Below, piece by piece: positions 52,801 through 64,000 of a DNA stretch of 64,000 bases; within the stretch, counting starts at the first letter, position 1, and each line of letters opens with the position of its first letter. The notes beneath the pieces were generated by a model that had not been told where the DNA came from, did no database searches, and saw only the letters and a program-made list of their open reading frames with translations. The stretch covers positions 196,203 to 260,202 of the forward strand of contig RHPI01000260.1 of NCBI GenBank assembly GCA_009103225.1, read 5' to 3'. Made by a program: the position numbers and the translations under genes. Origin of the DNA: Chlorokybus atmophyticus. Lineage: Eukaryota > Plantae > Mesostigma and Chlorokybus algae.

Positions 52801-54459
52801 TCGAGACCTGCTGAGCAGTTGAGTTGGCGGACATCAAGCAGAGAACCCAAAAAAAATGTAAAGCACCACTTACATTATATTATATTATATTATAAGTGCG
52901 TCAACAGGTGCATTGCAAACTACAATCAAAGCAAGTCCGTGTCACCCATGCTGAATGGTAACAAGCAACACACAGCCTCAACACAGTGGTCACAAAGAGT
53001 GGTTTCATAGCTAACTGTCATTGAGTGAGTCAAAAACCACCACTCATGGTACGGTTTCCACCTTCATATAATGCACAACAAGGTATGCATGAGTGCTTGG
53101 ACTTCCAGAGCTCACAACATGGAAGCTTAGAAGGTAAACGTGGCATGCATGTATCCAGCAAAGCACTTACTCGCCGATGTATTCATGGAAAGGCAGGATG
53201 GCTCCCTCACGAACCCAAGCATAATCCTGCTGCTCGATCATAAGCAAAACCACACGAGTAAGATGTTGTGCGATGGTGCACACAGCCACACAGAACCCCA
53301 ATCAATCTCGCAGCATAATACCCTGGTGCATGAGGAGGTTCAACAGAGCGCTCACCTTGTATTCGTTCTTGTTGTTTAGAGGTGGTCCAAAAAACATGAC
53401 AACGATAGTGTTGCGCGTCGATTCCTTCATCACAGCCTCTGGCAAATTACTGTTGGCATCACAAACCACAGCCGGCCAGAAAGGGTCGTCCCTCAGACCT
53501 GACTTTGCCCAAACGACCTGACCAACCTGGGACAGCAAGGAGAAGCAAGCTGCTGAGTGCACAGACCTAACCTTAAGTGCACAATACACAAGTGGTTCAC
53601 ATGTTGAGGTACTCAACCAAGAACGCAGTGAAGCTTCGCCAGCACATAAAGTAAACACCAGTCATCCGTATAGGCACAATGACTTCGAACGCCCTTGGTA
53701 GCATGCTGACATGCCGTGCACCCAGCAGTTGCTCAAGCCGCTAGCCACATGCAAGCGTACAACTGGTTGTGCGTCTTTCAAGGACTGACGCAAGCTTTGC
53801 GTATGTTCAACACGAGGCAAGGCTACCAGCAGCGCACATAAGACTGGACACCCCAGCAGCTGTGCCTGGCTGACAATGCTGCCTCTTTGTGAGGTGAACT
53901 AAGCTCAACGGTCCTGTGCAAGTGTCCCATCAACGCTCACCTCAAACTCCGCAAGTGGGTAGCGAGGAATCCTCCCTGAGTGGGGACGGACTGAGCGAGG
54001 TGGAATATCTGGCAAATGCGAGGAGCTGGAAGGCAGCAACTCTCCAGGCGGCCCGGGTATGTCGCGGGCGGGGTCAGGTATGTCGTGGGTGAGGTGCAAG
54101 GGTTTGGCTGCGCTGCCGTACTGCTGTTGTCTGAAAGCCAGTTGCGCCGCAGCCACCACTGCGGGCACACCGCTCGGGGAGTGGTTAAAGGGCAAGGGGG
54201 GGCTGCCCACCTCGTAGAGTGGGTCGGGGATGGAGGCGACGGCGTCGGGATGTTGAAGTGCCATGAGGCTCAGCGCGGCGGCGTCAGAGCGTGGGGTCAC
54301 AAGCAGCTGCGCTCCAGCTGGCCCGGCTGCTGCTGCGGAGGCGGCGGCTGCTCCTCCCGTTGCTGGCGCAGAGGAAGGCGTGGGCAGCTCCCCCAAGCTA
54401 CCCCCTGCTGCAGAACCCTGAGTCGCCGGCGCCGCCAACTGCAGCTCCGGTGCTGCCAT
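49897..54459 (-). CDS. Trithorax-class H3K4 methyltransferase, ATX3/4/5-like (PWWP, PHD, PHD/ePHD, SET, post-SET); start approximate
   Basis: PWWP VVWAKSG..PFWPAVV; PHD CPVC...WVCCDNDKCGLWVHAACD...YECPKC; RWPAERCAIC...LITCDR|CLVSVHEMCYG; ePHD; SET GKSAIHGYGL...EYLGDLVR...RFINHSCQPNC...ELTYNY; post-SET CLCGAPGCRGSMN. Confidence 0.93.
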
Positions 54460-55316
54460 CGCCGCCGCATAAAGCTGCCGCCCTCCCGCCGCCGCCGCCG
54501 CCGCCGCCCTGGCCACCGCTACTGCACTCTTAGCCACCCCCCGCTAAAGCACTCCAGCTGACCGTACCTTCGTAGATGGCACCTAACCCAAAACCTACCT
54601 CGCACACATCCCCAACCCCGCCACCGCCGCCGCCGCCCACCTCGCCGCCGCCGCCGCCGCCGCCGCAGTTAACTTTAACGGCAAGCAGCACGTCTAACTT
54701 AAGACCCAAATGCCGGTAGCAGCCCGAGGGGCAAACCGGCATTCCAGACTGAACCGGTCACAGCTATCCTAGTAGCCGACCACCAAGAGTGAGTAAGCGG
54801 TCACTATGTGCATCAAAAACACCAAAAGTTGCACAGTGCGTCTGGTCGCATTCGGTCGGCGGCCCAACGGACGCGAAACCCCGCGCCCCGCGCGCGGGAG
54901 ACCGGGCGAAAACTCTTGTGCGGGCTTGTGCGGTATTGTGCGCTCGACAGACTCTACCCTACCACTCTCTCTATCGTATCTTTTGGCACGTGCGTGCGTA
55001 GAAGTGTACTTGCAAGTGATTGTGACTTTGGACTCCGTCAAGGACTGGGATTAGGCCAAGTGTTGGGCTAAGCGGCGAGCCAGGGGGTGAATAGGTTTTG
55101 TTTGCTTTGCTCTTGTTGTTGTCTTTTGGAGAAGTGTGGGAGTGTGGATTCATCACCAACAGCAGTTGTTCGTTCATTGGGCACAGGGGAGTGAGCACGT
55201 GCTTGTGTGTGGCAGGCAGAGAAGTGTGTGTACGCGTGCGCACACGCGCGTTGTTGGTGTTGAGAATCTCGTAAACACATTATCACTGTGATGTAGCGGC
55301 GGGTTGGAGTTTCAGA

Positions 55317-58300
55317 TGCGAATAGAGTTACCACCTGATGACGTCTTCGCCTCACCCCAACCATCCCCTTCACCACAGCAGCGCCGATACAACAACGTTG
55401 CTGCTTCTCCAAGCACACGCTTGAGGGCTAGCGCACCGGATGGTACTACTGTTGTCATTGCCGTTGTCGTTGTTGGTATTGGTGTCGAATGCCGTTGTGT
55501 GCCGTCATTGTGGTAAGCGTGGTCCTTGTTGTTGCTGTTGCCGTTACTGTTGTGGCTGTGGTACTGGTGGTGGTGGCAAATGTGATTGTCGTTGTGTGCC
55601 ATCATTGTGGTTCTTTGTTGTTGTTGTTGTTGTTGGTGGTGGTGGTGTTGGTGATGGCATCGTTGTTGTTGTCGTTATTGATGTTGTTTCCACAAGGCCT
55701 GATCTTACATGTAGCACATGTTGTCGTCAGACGCAGGTTACTCGCCCGCAAGTGAGAAGCGGGCACGCCTGCACACACAAGTCTCTCTACCGGTATTCCA
55801 ACCAGGCAATTACTCATTCCTCTACTCCTTCGCACCCCGCACGCCCCAGGTGCCGACACAACAACTACAAGTACACATGAAGATGGTATCGCACAGCAGA
55901 TTGTGCATCTCATCAACGTCAACGTCAAACACAGGCACGCTCGAGGCGGCCCGCAACGGCGTTGGGAGCGATAAGCACAACCAAAAGAGGAGAAGTTGGT
56001 GAAGTTGGGCGTCATGTTGATGTGTGTGATGGACATGATGATAGGCAACATCAACAAAGGTGGGCGAGGGTGCGGCCGGGAAGCTGCCCGCTACCGGCTG
56101 AAAGAGAGGGGTCGATGGAGCAAAGGCGACCCAACTCACCGCTACCCGTAAGTGTGTGTTTGTGTGTGTGTACGTGTATGTGTTTGTGCATACTCTCCCT
56201 TATGATACTAGCGTTACACTCTGTTGCAGGGGATGGCATTTATGTTTCCTTTGAAGGCACCCGTGCCCGCGCAGTCGGTGCCAGTGACAACAACAAATAC
56301 TTGGCGCAGCATCCATGGCAGCAGTAGAGCCGTTGAGTGCAAGCCGGTGGGCGGGCGCGAGTGGGAGATCTGTTCGTGTAAGTATGACAGACACGAGCAG
56401 GTTGAGGCAGAAGAGGAGGAGGATGCTGAGGTTGTTGCAAGAGTAAGTGAACCACACGCACATGCACACATGCACAGTAGACTACATACACGCGCATGCT
56501 CGTGCGCACACATGCACACTTGCATAGAAGGTTGGTTGGATGGTGAGCTGCGAGGTTGATGCTGTTGTGTTGATTACTTGCATTTGATAGAGCGAAGACC
56601 AAATGCGCGCGCAAGCCAAGCCAGAGGAGAAGAAGGACTCTGCATTGGAAACAGACATCAACTCCCCGAAGACCACACGGCTAAGCTTAGTACGAAATGT
56701 CAATTCACATGCATCTGTTGGTACCACCACCACCACCACAACAACCACAACAACGACATGTTGCTCCCAGGACCAGCTCTCCCCTCGCAGTCTGGCCTCC
56801 CTCTGCGCCACGGGCGACTCCCACGCTCTCGAATGCTTCCGCACTTCCTTAAACAACCTCCGCAAGGGCCGCAAGTTCTTCACTTCTGCGGGTTCGTGTC
56901 GTCCAACTCAGGCGTGGCTCGAGCTGCCTAACGCGGAACCGAGAGTGCGGAGGGCGGTGGGACCCGTGTTGGGTGGAGCATGGATGGACATGATAGCGAG
57001 GGTGGTGAACGGGAAGTACTCGAGCGTGGCGGAAGGGGAGAGAGGGGAGCAGGAGAGGCAGATGCAGCAGACGGTGGGAGCGTACATGAAGGTAGGTTGG
57101 TCTTGCTGTGTGCGCGCGCGTACACACTTATACACACCTATACACACGCGCGCATGCTCACGCGCAGGCATGCGCGTGCGTGCGTGTGTGCATGTCCATA
57201 TGCAAGTATACGTGATAAAGTGGCGGACTGACCTTTGCCCATTGTGATCACCTAAGACAAAGTGCATGGAAACTGACCCTTTCCTCTCTTGTGCAGCTGA
57301 TCATGGAGGTGTTTGACCACTACCGCCAGCTCGACGTGTTGCTGTATCGCGTGTCCCAAACCGACACCACACAAACACCTACCATGTCCATGGCTCAGTT
57401 CTGGAGGTGATAAGAGAGACTCCACCCTCTCCCACCCTCACAACATTCACTCTTCTAATCAGCAAATGAGTGCTCAGGTTGGCTAGAGAGTGCGGGCTGG
57501 CGGGGACGCGGGCGGTCTCGATGGGCGCGGCGGCGCGGGCGCTGCTCGGGTTGGGTACAGGGGGGGAAGGGGGAGGAGGGGCGTCCGCACACGCGCAGCG
57601 CTGGAGCGCTGTTGCACGAAAGGGCTTGCACTCGGGTAAGTGTGGATGAGCTTGGTGTACACACACATACACGCACGCACGTACGCTCCCCCCCCCCCCC
57701 CCCCCACCCCACNNNNNNNNNNNCCCCCCCCCCCCCCCCCCCACACCCCCACCCCACCACACACACATGTACACGGTTGCACGCTCGTGCTCACCTGCTT
57801 GCACTGCTTCTCCTCCAGACTCTCTATCAAGTGGTGCCGAAAGCCCACCTTACCCCGACTCCCCTTCCGCCACCGTCTCTCCTCACGATCAGCGCCCCGC
57901 GACGTCTCCCGCGTCCACCGCCGCCGCCGCCGTGGCCTCGCTGTTCGACTCGCTGCGATCGGGGCCGCGCTGGTCTCGCTCCGCTGGCGACGGGGTGAGT
58001 GTGTGTGTGTGTGTGTGTGTGAGGAAGGGAGAGGAGAAGTGTGGGAATGTTGTGTGTTGATGTGGGGTCTGGCAGAGGGGGAGTTTGGCGGGGGATGGGA
58101 GTGACGGCGTGTTGTGGACGCGAAGAGAGCGGGAGCGTCGCATCGATGCAGCGACGTTTGTTGAGTACTTGCTGAGATTGGCGCAAGTGAGGGTGGCGTG
58201 ATATTGCAATGTTGGGTTTGGGTTGGGTTTGGGGTGACTGATGGTGTGGTGTTGGGTTGCAGTTGAAGCATGCGCAACTGGCAACGCTATCACAGCAATG

Positions 58301-59035
58301 GAGCGCGGTATTTGATCACGACATCCGCCCCAACGCGTGCAAGCCAGTGAGTAAAGGAGCGTGTGTCATGCGTGCCCATGCGCAGGACCTCAGTACCAAC
58401 TAGATGTATGTGTCTCAGATGTCTTCATTTGCGGGTGCGGTGGCATCAAGCGATGTGTACACAATTCTTGAAACCAACGAGGCAAAGCTGCTCAAAGTGT
58501 TCCGCTACTTCATTGCCGACAAGTCAAAGGCCAGGAGGCCAGGAGGACCCACCATGTCTTTTAATGAGTACTATCAGGTAATGTGGTTGCGTGAGTGGTT
58601 GGATGCCTTCACTGTGCTGGGCTGTGACTTGGTGCCTCACGCAGATGATGATGGATCTTGACATGATGGATGCGAAACTCGACCCACGTGCGGTTGCGCG
58701 CGTGTTCACCAAATCCACCGGCTACACCGACATATTACCACAGGTGAGAGAGATGCGCAGTTGTGGGATCTGCACTTGTGCACGAAGAGTCCACACTGCA
58801 AAGTTTCAATCAAAGCTGTGCTGAGGGCATCTACGCACAGGTGCACGCAAACAACAGCGAGAGTGAGATGACATTCGATGAGTATGTGGAGTCGCTTCTG
58901 CACTGCGCTTGTTTGTACAGGCACGCGGGTGACAACAGCGGGGGCGCTCACAACAGCATGCCGACAACTGTACACGACTGGCTACTGAGAAAATATCTGC
59001 CTACAGCCAAGGAGAAACTGCCAGGAAGATTGTAA
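55317..59035 (+). CDS. Multi-exon protein with an RSPH10B-like C-terminal EF-hand-like region; N-terminal exons uncertain
   Basis: Exons give LIMEVFDHYRQL...TMSMAQFWRLARECGL, DAATFVEYLLRLAQ, LLKVFRYF...MSFNEYYQMMMDLDMMDAKLDPRAVARVF and EMTFDEYVESLLHCA. These recall, from memory only, RSPH10B motifs such as FWRFLKDC and LTFLEFFEALL. No MORN repeats were seen. Confidence 0.45.
57713..57723. other. Assembly gap (11 N) inside an intronic poly-C tract
   Basis: N run flanked by C homopolymers. Confidence 0.98.
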
Positions 59036-59665
59036 CACGAGCGCATTGCTTAATAGTCTGCTCGTATCCGCACAATGTACAGGCTCCACCAATATCCACT
59101 GTATGAAAAACCTACAGAAGAGCAAGCAATCCAATCAATTTCGTGTGTGCTTGACTATTACAGCGCACCTTCTCAACCATAAATGCCGCAACGGCTAAAG
59201 CCGTATCTGTTACTGGTAATCGGCCACACTTGCAGTGAATTCGGACTCCAGGTGAAATGCACTAGGTTTGCAACCACACGCTTGCAAACAAAGCCAACAC
59301 CTCAGCCCGCTGTAAGGTACACTTTACCCATTGCCTTACAGCAGCTTCAGAAGCAGACACAGATGGCGATGTGCTGTTTGGTTGGGACCATTGACAGAGC
59401 TGTGGCAATGTACCCAAACTGTTGTGCTTGCCAGAACACTCGCAGTCACAAATTGTGCATGAAAACCTTTTGCTGTCTACATCAGCTGCAGCACAGAATT
59501 GTGCGAGCAAAACACCCAATGACGTGTGCGTGACATGCCAGGAAATCTGCAACTAAGTAAGCCCAGTCTCAGGCAAACTGTTGCTCCCCAATCACGATCA
59601 CGATAATATAGGGCGCGTTCAAAATTTACCTTAGCCTACCTAAGCCAATATTCCAACACCAACAG

Positions 59666-61419
59666 CTACCAGCCATATTTGGCCATGGTCTCTCCCTTTG
59701 TTTTCAATCCCTGCGACTTGCGATCTAGCAGCTCACGCTCGCGTGCTCTGGAATCGGACAACAGAGCCGTGATCTGGTGCTTGCGCTTCGCCACCTTGCT
59801 AACCCCATTGCCTTTCTTGTCTGCCGCACCCTGCCAGAACACACAACATTGTGGTTGGCGACATACGATCATCCAATGCAAAGTGTGCATGTGTACGAGC
59901 ATGCTCGTGCGCGCGTGCACATGTGTGCAGCTGTGTGTGACTGCTATACAAGAACACTCTGCTGTATTTCATTGGTGTGAGCGTACCGGATGCTGTGGTC
60001 CAAATGCAATGCCCGTTGTGTTCATGGCTTCAGGAGGACGTGCACCGGCTGTCAGATCTTGCTGCTTGACCTGTGTGCATTTCAACGTGTAAACACCTTG
60101 ATGTCTTCGTGTTTTGGGGATAAGGAAAATATATCTTGTTCCCTAGATATGAAGCTGTTACCTCCGTAAATATTGGTATGTCCTGCCCGCGACCCCTTGT
60201 GCGCTTGCGCTCCCGCTCTTGTTCACCTCTCAAAACCCTTGTCAGCTCATCATCCTGCGCGGGGCCTGCCGCTGTCTCAGGTGCAGCGTACGAATAGCTC
60301 GTTGGTGCGTACTCCAATGCAGTGTACGAGGTGCTTGTCTGGGCGTAGTCTGCAAAACAACCGTTATTGCTATGCTATCAATGTTTCCACTCACTGAAGC
60401 AAGCACTGACTAGTGCTACCATAGTTGTAGGCGTCTGTTGGGTATGATGTGCTCACGTAAGCAGTATCGGCATCATTCGAGTGACCCGCATACTCGCCAT
60501 TCTGGTGCTGGTGAGAGTAAACTTGTTCTGGCGGCTGCTGCCAGGTGGCAGAAGGCGCGGGCTCAGCGGCATGTGAAGGTTGTGCAGCAGGCCTGTTGTC
60601 CTCGTCATCATCATGGTCAAGTTGCAGCTTGCTCCCGCCCATGCCGCCGCCCAGTGCTGCGCCCGACCCGAGAGAGGAGTGCTTCGGCGCAGGTAAGAAG
60701 GATGAGAGGGATGGTTTGCTCTGCTGCGGTACGGGCTGCTGCTGCTGCTGCTGCAGGTGGTTTTGTACATCTGCTTTGGCCCTTTTTACTGGTGGCCGCC
60801 AAGTGTCGTCATCATCAACATTAAGCCTTTGGTCCTTGGCGATGGCTGCAACTGGCAACTTGAACTGCAATTTGTCCTGCAAGTTGAAAACGCAAAGAAA
60901 GCAAGCAGTCCAGCTCAACCAAACAAGCTGATGCCGATCCAGACTGTCATGTGCAACAACAACCGCCCATACAACCTAAGCACAGCGTCTTACCTTGTTC
61001 TTGCTGGGTGGTGGCAACAAGCTCCCAAACAGTTTGCTTGGTGCGTCTGCAAGCAGGCGCATACATGAGTGAACCGTGTTGATTGGGGCAATAAGGCACT
61101 TCAAACCGTCAGCAACCAATATGAACGCATAAATGCCAGCATGTGGCGTCCGAACATCACGTCCATGTGTCAGCAAGAGTGCACGGTGTTGATTGTGGCA
61201 AGAAGACACCTCAAGCTGTCAGCAATCAAGATATGCACGGGTAACTGCCGGCATGTGTCGTCCAATCATTGCCATATGTATGCGCATACTTGCGCTGGTT
61301 TTCTTCGGAGGAGGCAGCTGTCCCAGAAGCGAGCGTGGTGCTGTAGGTAACGCTACTGGCTTGACATCAACATCGTCATCGCTTTCGTGGTCTGATCCGT
61401 AGTCCGCCACCAGACTCAT
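59666..61419 (-). CDS. PRCC: PRCC-like (mitotic checkpoint/spliceosome-associated proline-rich protein)
   Basis: N-terminus MSLVADYGSDHESDDD...LLGQLPPPKK; C-terminus KRKHQITALLSDSRARERELL...KTKGETMAKYGW* (PRCC_Cterm signature). Confidence 0.9.
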
Positions 61420-62006
61420 GGTGCGTGAGTATCGGTAAGCTCAGATCAACAACTCTTTGATGCCCAGCAATGCCTGGACAAGCACAAATGAATTGAATGA
61501 TGTGCATGACATTCGCGAAAGTGCACTCACGCATGATGCCAACGCAATACGAGTCGATTGTCCAGCACCTGCAGTTCTTGAAGCTTAGCAAGCGTGCGCA
61601 TGTATGACTGTCTGTGGGCAGTTGAAGAAGAGTATGCCAGGCAGATGTGTAGCAGCCTGACCTTACTCCAGGCACGTATGCCTAGTAGTAGAGAAGCTTG
61701 TAGGCAGAAACTCTCCCGGCACTCCTCACCAGAATTTACGTCGCCTCCTCCCTCTAACTCGCTATCCACCCTACTCGGAGGCACTACGGACAGATTGAAG
61801 CTGAAGGCAAAAACTCTACAACGGGTGATTAACAATAACAACCACGACGACGACAACAGCTACTGCGCCGCCGCCGCTGCAATGCCGTAGACTACGAGGA
61901 TCTACGTGGCCTTGTCTCCTTGCTTGTACCTCGGCCAGCGCCCACGAGTACAACAACACTACCCTAACTCCAGACCAATAGGCTGACGACGGCAACGACG
62001 GCGGCG

Positions 62007-63106
62007 ATGGCACTGGCGGCGGCAGTGGCGGTGGTGGGAACAGCTGCGCGGCCGTTGTCGGTGGCCTCGTCTGGGCGCCCGCAGTCAGCCCGCCGGCCAG
62101 CGCCAAGCGCTCGCTTGCAGCAGTCTAGCGGCAGCTTCACGCCGTCGTTGCGGCTGCCGCTACAGCGGCGGCGACAACAGCAGGAGAAGCGCAGCTGCAG
62201 AGCAGTTGCGGCAGGCGAGCCTCAGCCTGGTAAGTTAGCGTGCTTGAATGCCACATGCAAGTAGACCGAGTTGCATGCTTTGCTGCGGTGTGCTCCATTG
62301 GTGTACACAAGCGGCCTCCAGGGTTTATTTCTGTTTTGGAATCCATCGGAGCTTGCTTATCGCGATTCATCGCAGGGTTGACATCTGAGCTGAAAGAAGC
62401 GCTAGATGACTTCATTGCCAAGAACAAGGTCGTTTTGTTCATGAAGGGCACGCGCGAGTTCCCGCAATGCGGATTCAGCAACACCTGCGTGCAGATATTA
62501 AACATCATGGGTGCGCCCTATGAAACCGTGAACATCCTAGAAGACGAGACCCTGCGCCAGGTATGCTTCACGGGTTTATGTGCTGTGGGAGTTCTTTGTT
62601 GCATCACAACAACAGCAGAGGCCTTTGCGTGGCCACTTGCACATGCATGCATCCGCTTGGTCGCTGCATGTTGCTCCAATGCTGGACAGACAGTCACCAA
62701 GCAATTGACTTTGTCAATTGTCCAAAGGTCACGACAGCTTGTATACACTATGAGGAGTAGACTCTCTTGAGTAGCGGAACACGACCTCAATTAGCGACTG
62801 CCAGCATGATGCGGCTGTGGGAGTGCTGATACATGCTGCATTGCTTGCGCACAGGGGATGAAAATGTACTCGAGTTGGCCCACTTTCCCCCAAGTTTACA
62901 TTGATGGCGAGTTTATTGGTGGCTGTGACATCTTGATTGGTAAGTGTAACATGCATTCAATCAGCATGTGCGCGATATGTGTATGCTATGCCCAGGCCTG
63001 ATGGTTCAGGGCACTACGGTGTTTTCGCCCCACTGACAACCGGTATGCAGAGTCTTACCAAAGCGGTGAGCTCAAAGAGATGCTGGAAAGGGCGACAGTG
63101 TCATAG
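62007..63106 (+). CDS. GRXS14: Plastid monothiol (CGFS) glutaredoxin, GRXS14-like (4 exons)
   Basis: Exons 62007-62229, 62376-62560, 62855-62939 and 63051-63106: transit peptide, then [25 protein letters not shown]...[36 protein letters not shown]. Confidence 0.9.
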
Positions 63107-64000
63107 ATTGTTGGTATCTCATGTTATAGCACTCTTAACCTGGCAGGACAGCGCAAACTATCTACTGTATAGACGGCAACCTAGCTTGCAACCTCCACCT
63201 AGCTATCGATTTGTGCATGTGTATTTCGCTTGCAACAGGCATTGTATTGTCTTTGTTGGATGTTTTACACGCACCATCCACTCTTGTAAAGTCAGTGTTT
63301 GCTCGCATGCAATATGCTTGCAAGAATTACTCTACGAGCCATGGCCAGAGATTGAGCGTGTGGGCCAGGTACTGCACGTGTACATATAGGTACACATAGG
63401 GATCACATAAGGGCTGCGCTAGGCATGCTCAATGAGTATGTAGAAAATGTGCAATGTGATGCATGAGTGCAAGCACGCAAGGCAAACAACGTAACACCAA
63501 GCACATTATTAGGCGGGGGCCAAGACAGAGTTGTTTAAGCAACCCAGTTGCATGCAGACCCTAGGACTATAAGTGCACTACGCTCTCAGGCAGCAAGAGC
63601 ATCAGAGGATAGTAGCGTGACCACCTGCAGAGGGCACGGACGCAGCAGAGGAAGAGGTGAGGGGCGTGGTGCTTGAAGGATGTAGCATGCACGACTCTGA
63701 CTTGGACGACAACTGCTTGGCCCCCTCCCGCAAAAATGCCGCCGCCAGCCCTTAAGTCAGCTGTTCCGGTCCTACCAAAGCCACCTGCACGCAATCTCAC
63801 AAAGACCCAAGCAGGCACTGCAGCTGAAGCATGCATTTTAAGACAAGCATGCCGTTTATGACTGCTGGGCAACTAATAGAATAGACTCATAGTATGGTGG
63901 TCATGAGTGCCATGGCAGTTAGCCAGCAGGATATCACGTTACATCACCATCAATCCCAACACAACCACATAGCCCTGTGACATACATGCGAGCATGTGCT

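Noticed and set aside
57483-58277. 264-aa minus-strand ORF and neighbours containing X residues
   Set aside because: Low-complexity intronic or antisense sequence spanning an assembly gap.
63567-63872. Minus-strand ORF near the right edge
   Set aside because: No recognisable motif or verifiable splice chain within the window.

Overview
Eukaryotic, intron-rich (GT-AG), GC-balanced genomic DNA. The gene complement (ATX3/4/5-type SET protein, RFI2/IPI1-type RING, At3g19780-like thioredoxin, plastid GRXS14, RSPH10B-like domain) suggests a streptophyte green alga; this is an inference, not a database result. About 16 host genes or gene ends can be modelled by hand: eL42/RPL36a, PIG-Q, a coiled-coil protein, SLD5/GINS4, a PD-(D/E)XK nuclease-like gene, an RFI2-like RING, a multi-thioredoxin protein, a LarE-like protein, a DUF836 glutaredoxin, UBL-SAYSvFN, ATX, an RSPH10B-like protein, PRCC and GRXS14. 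The centre (13961-29640) is a three-level nest of transposons. An old Tigger-like element is cut twice by a non-autonomous family with CGTCGCAAA termini and 2-bp TSDs. One of these copies in turn hosts an intron-containing DD35D pogo element and a full-length chromodomain Ty3/gypsy element. The most notable points are: (1) that 2-bp-TSD family with its conserved spliced core; (2) an apparently intact, spliced, possibly organelle-targeted restriction-endonuclease-fold gene next to the nest; (3) a possibly plastid-targeted three-cysteine LarE homologue; and (4) a partial SLD5 duplicate that ends in what looks like a transposon excision footprint. Exon boundaries were read by eye and some are approximate.
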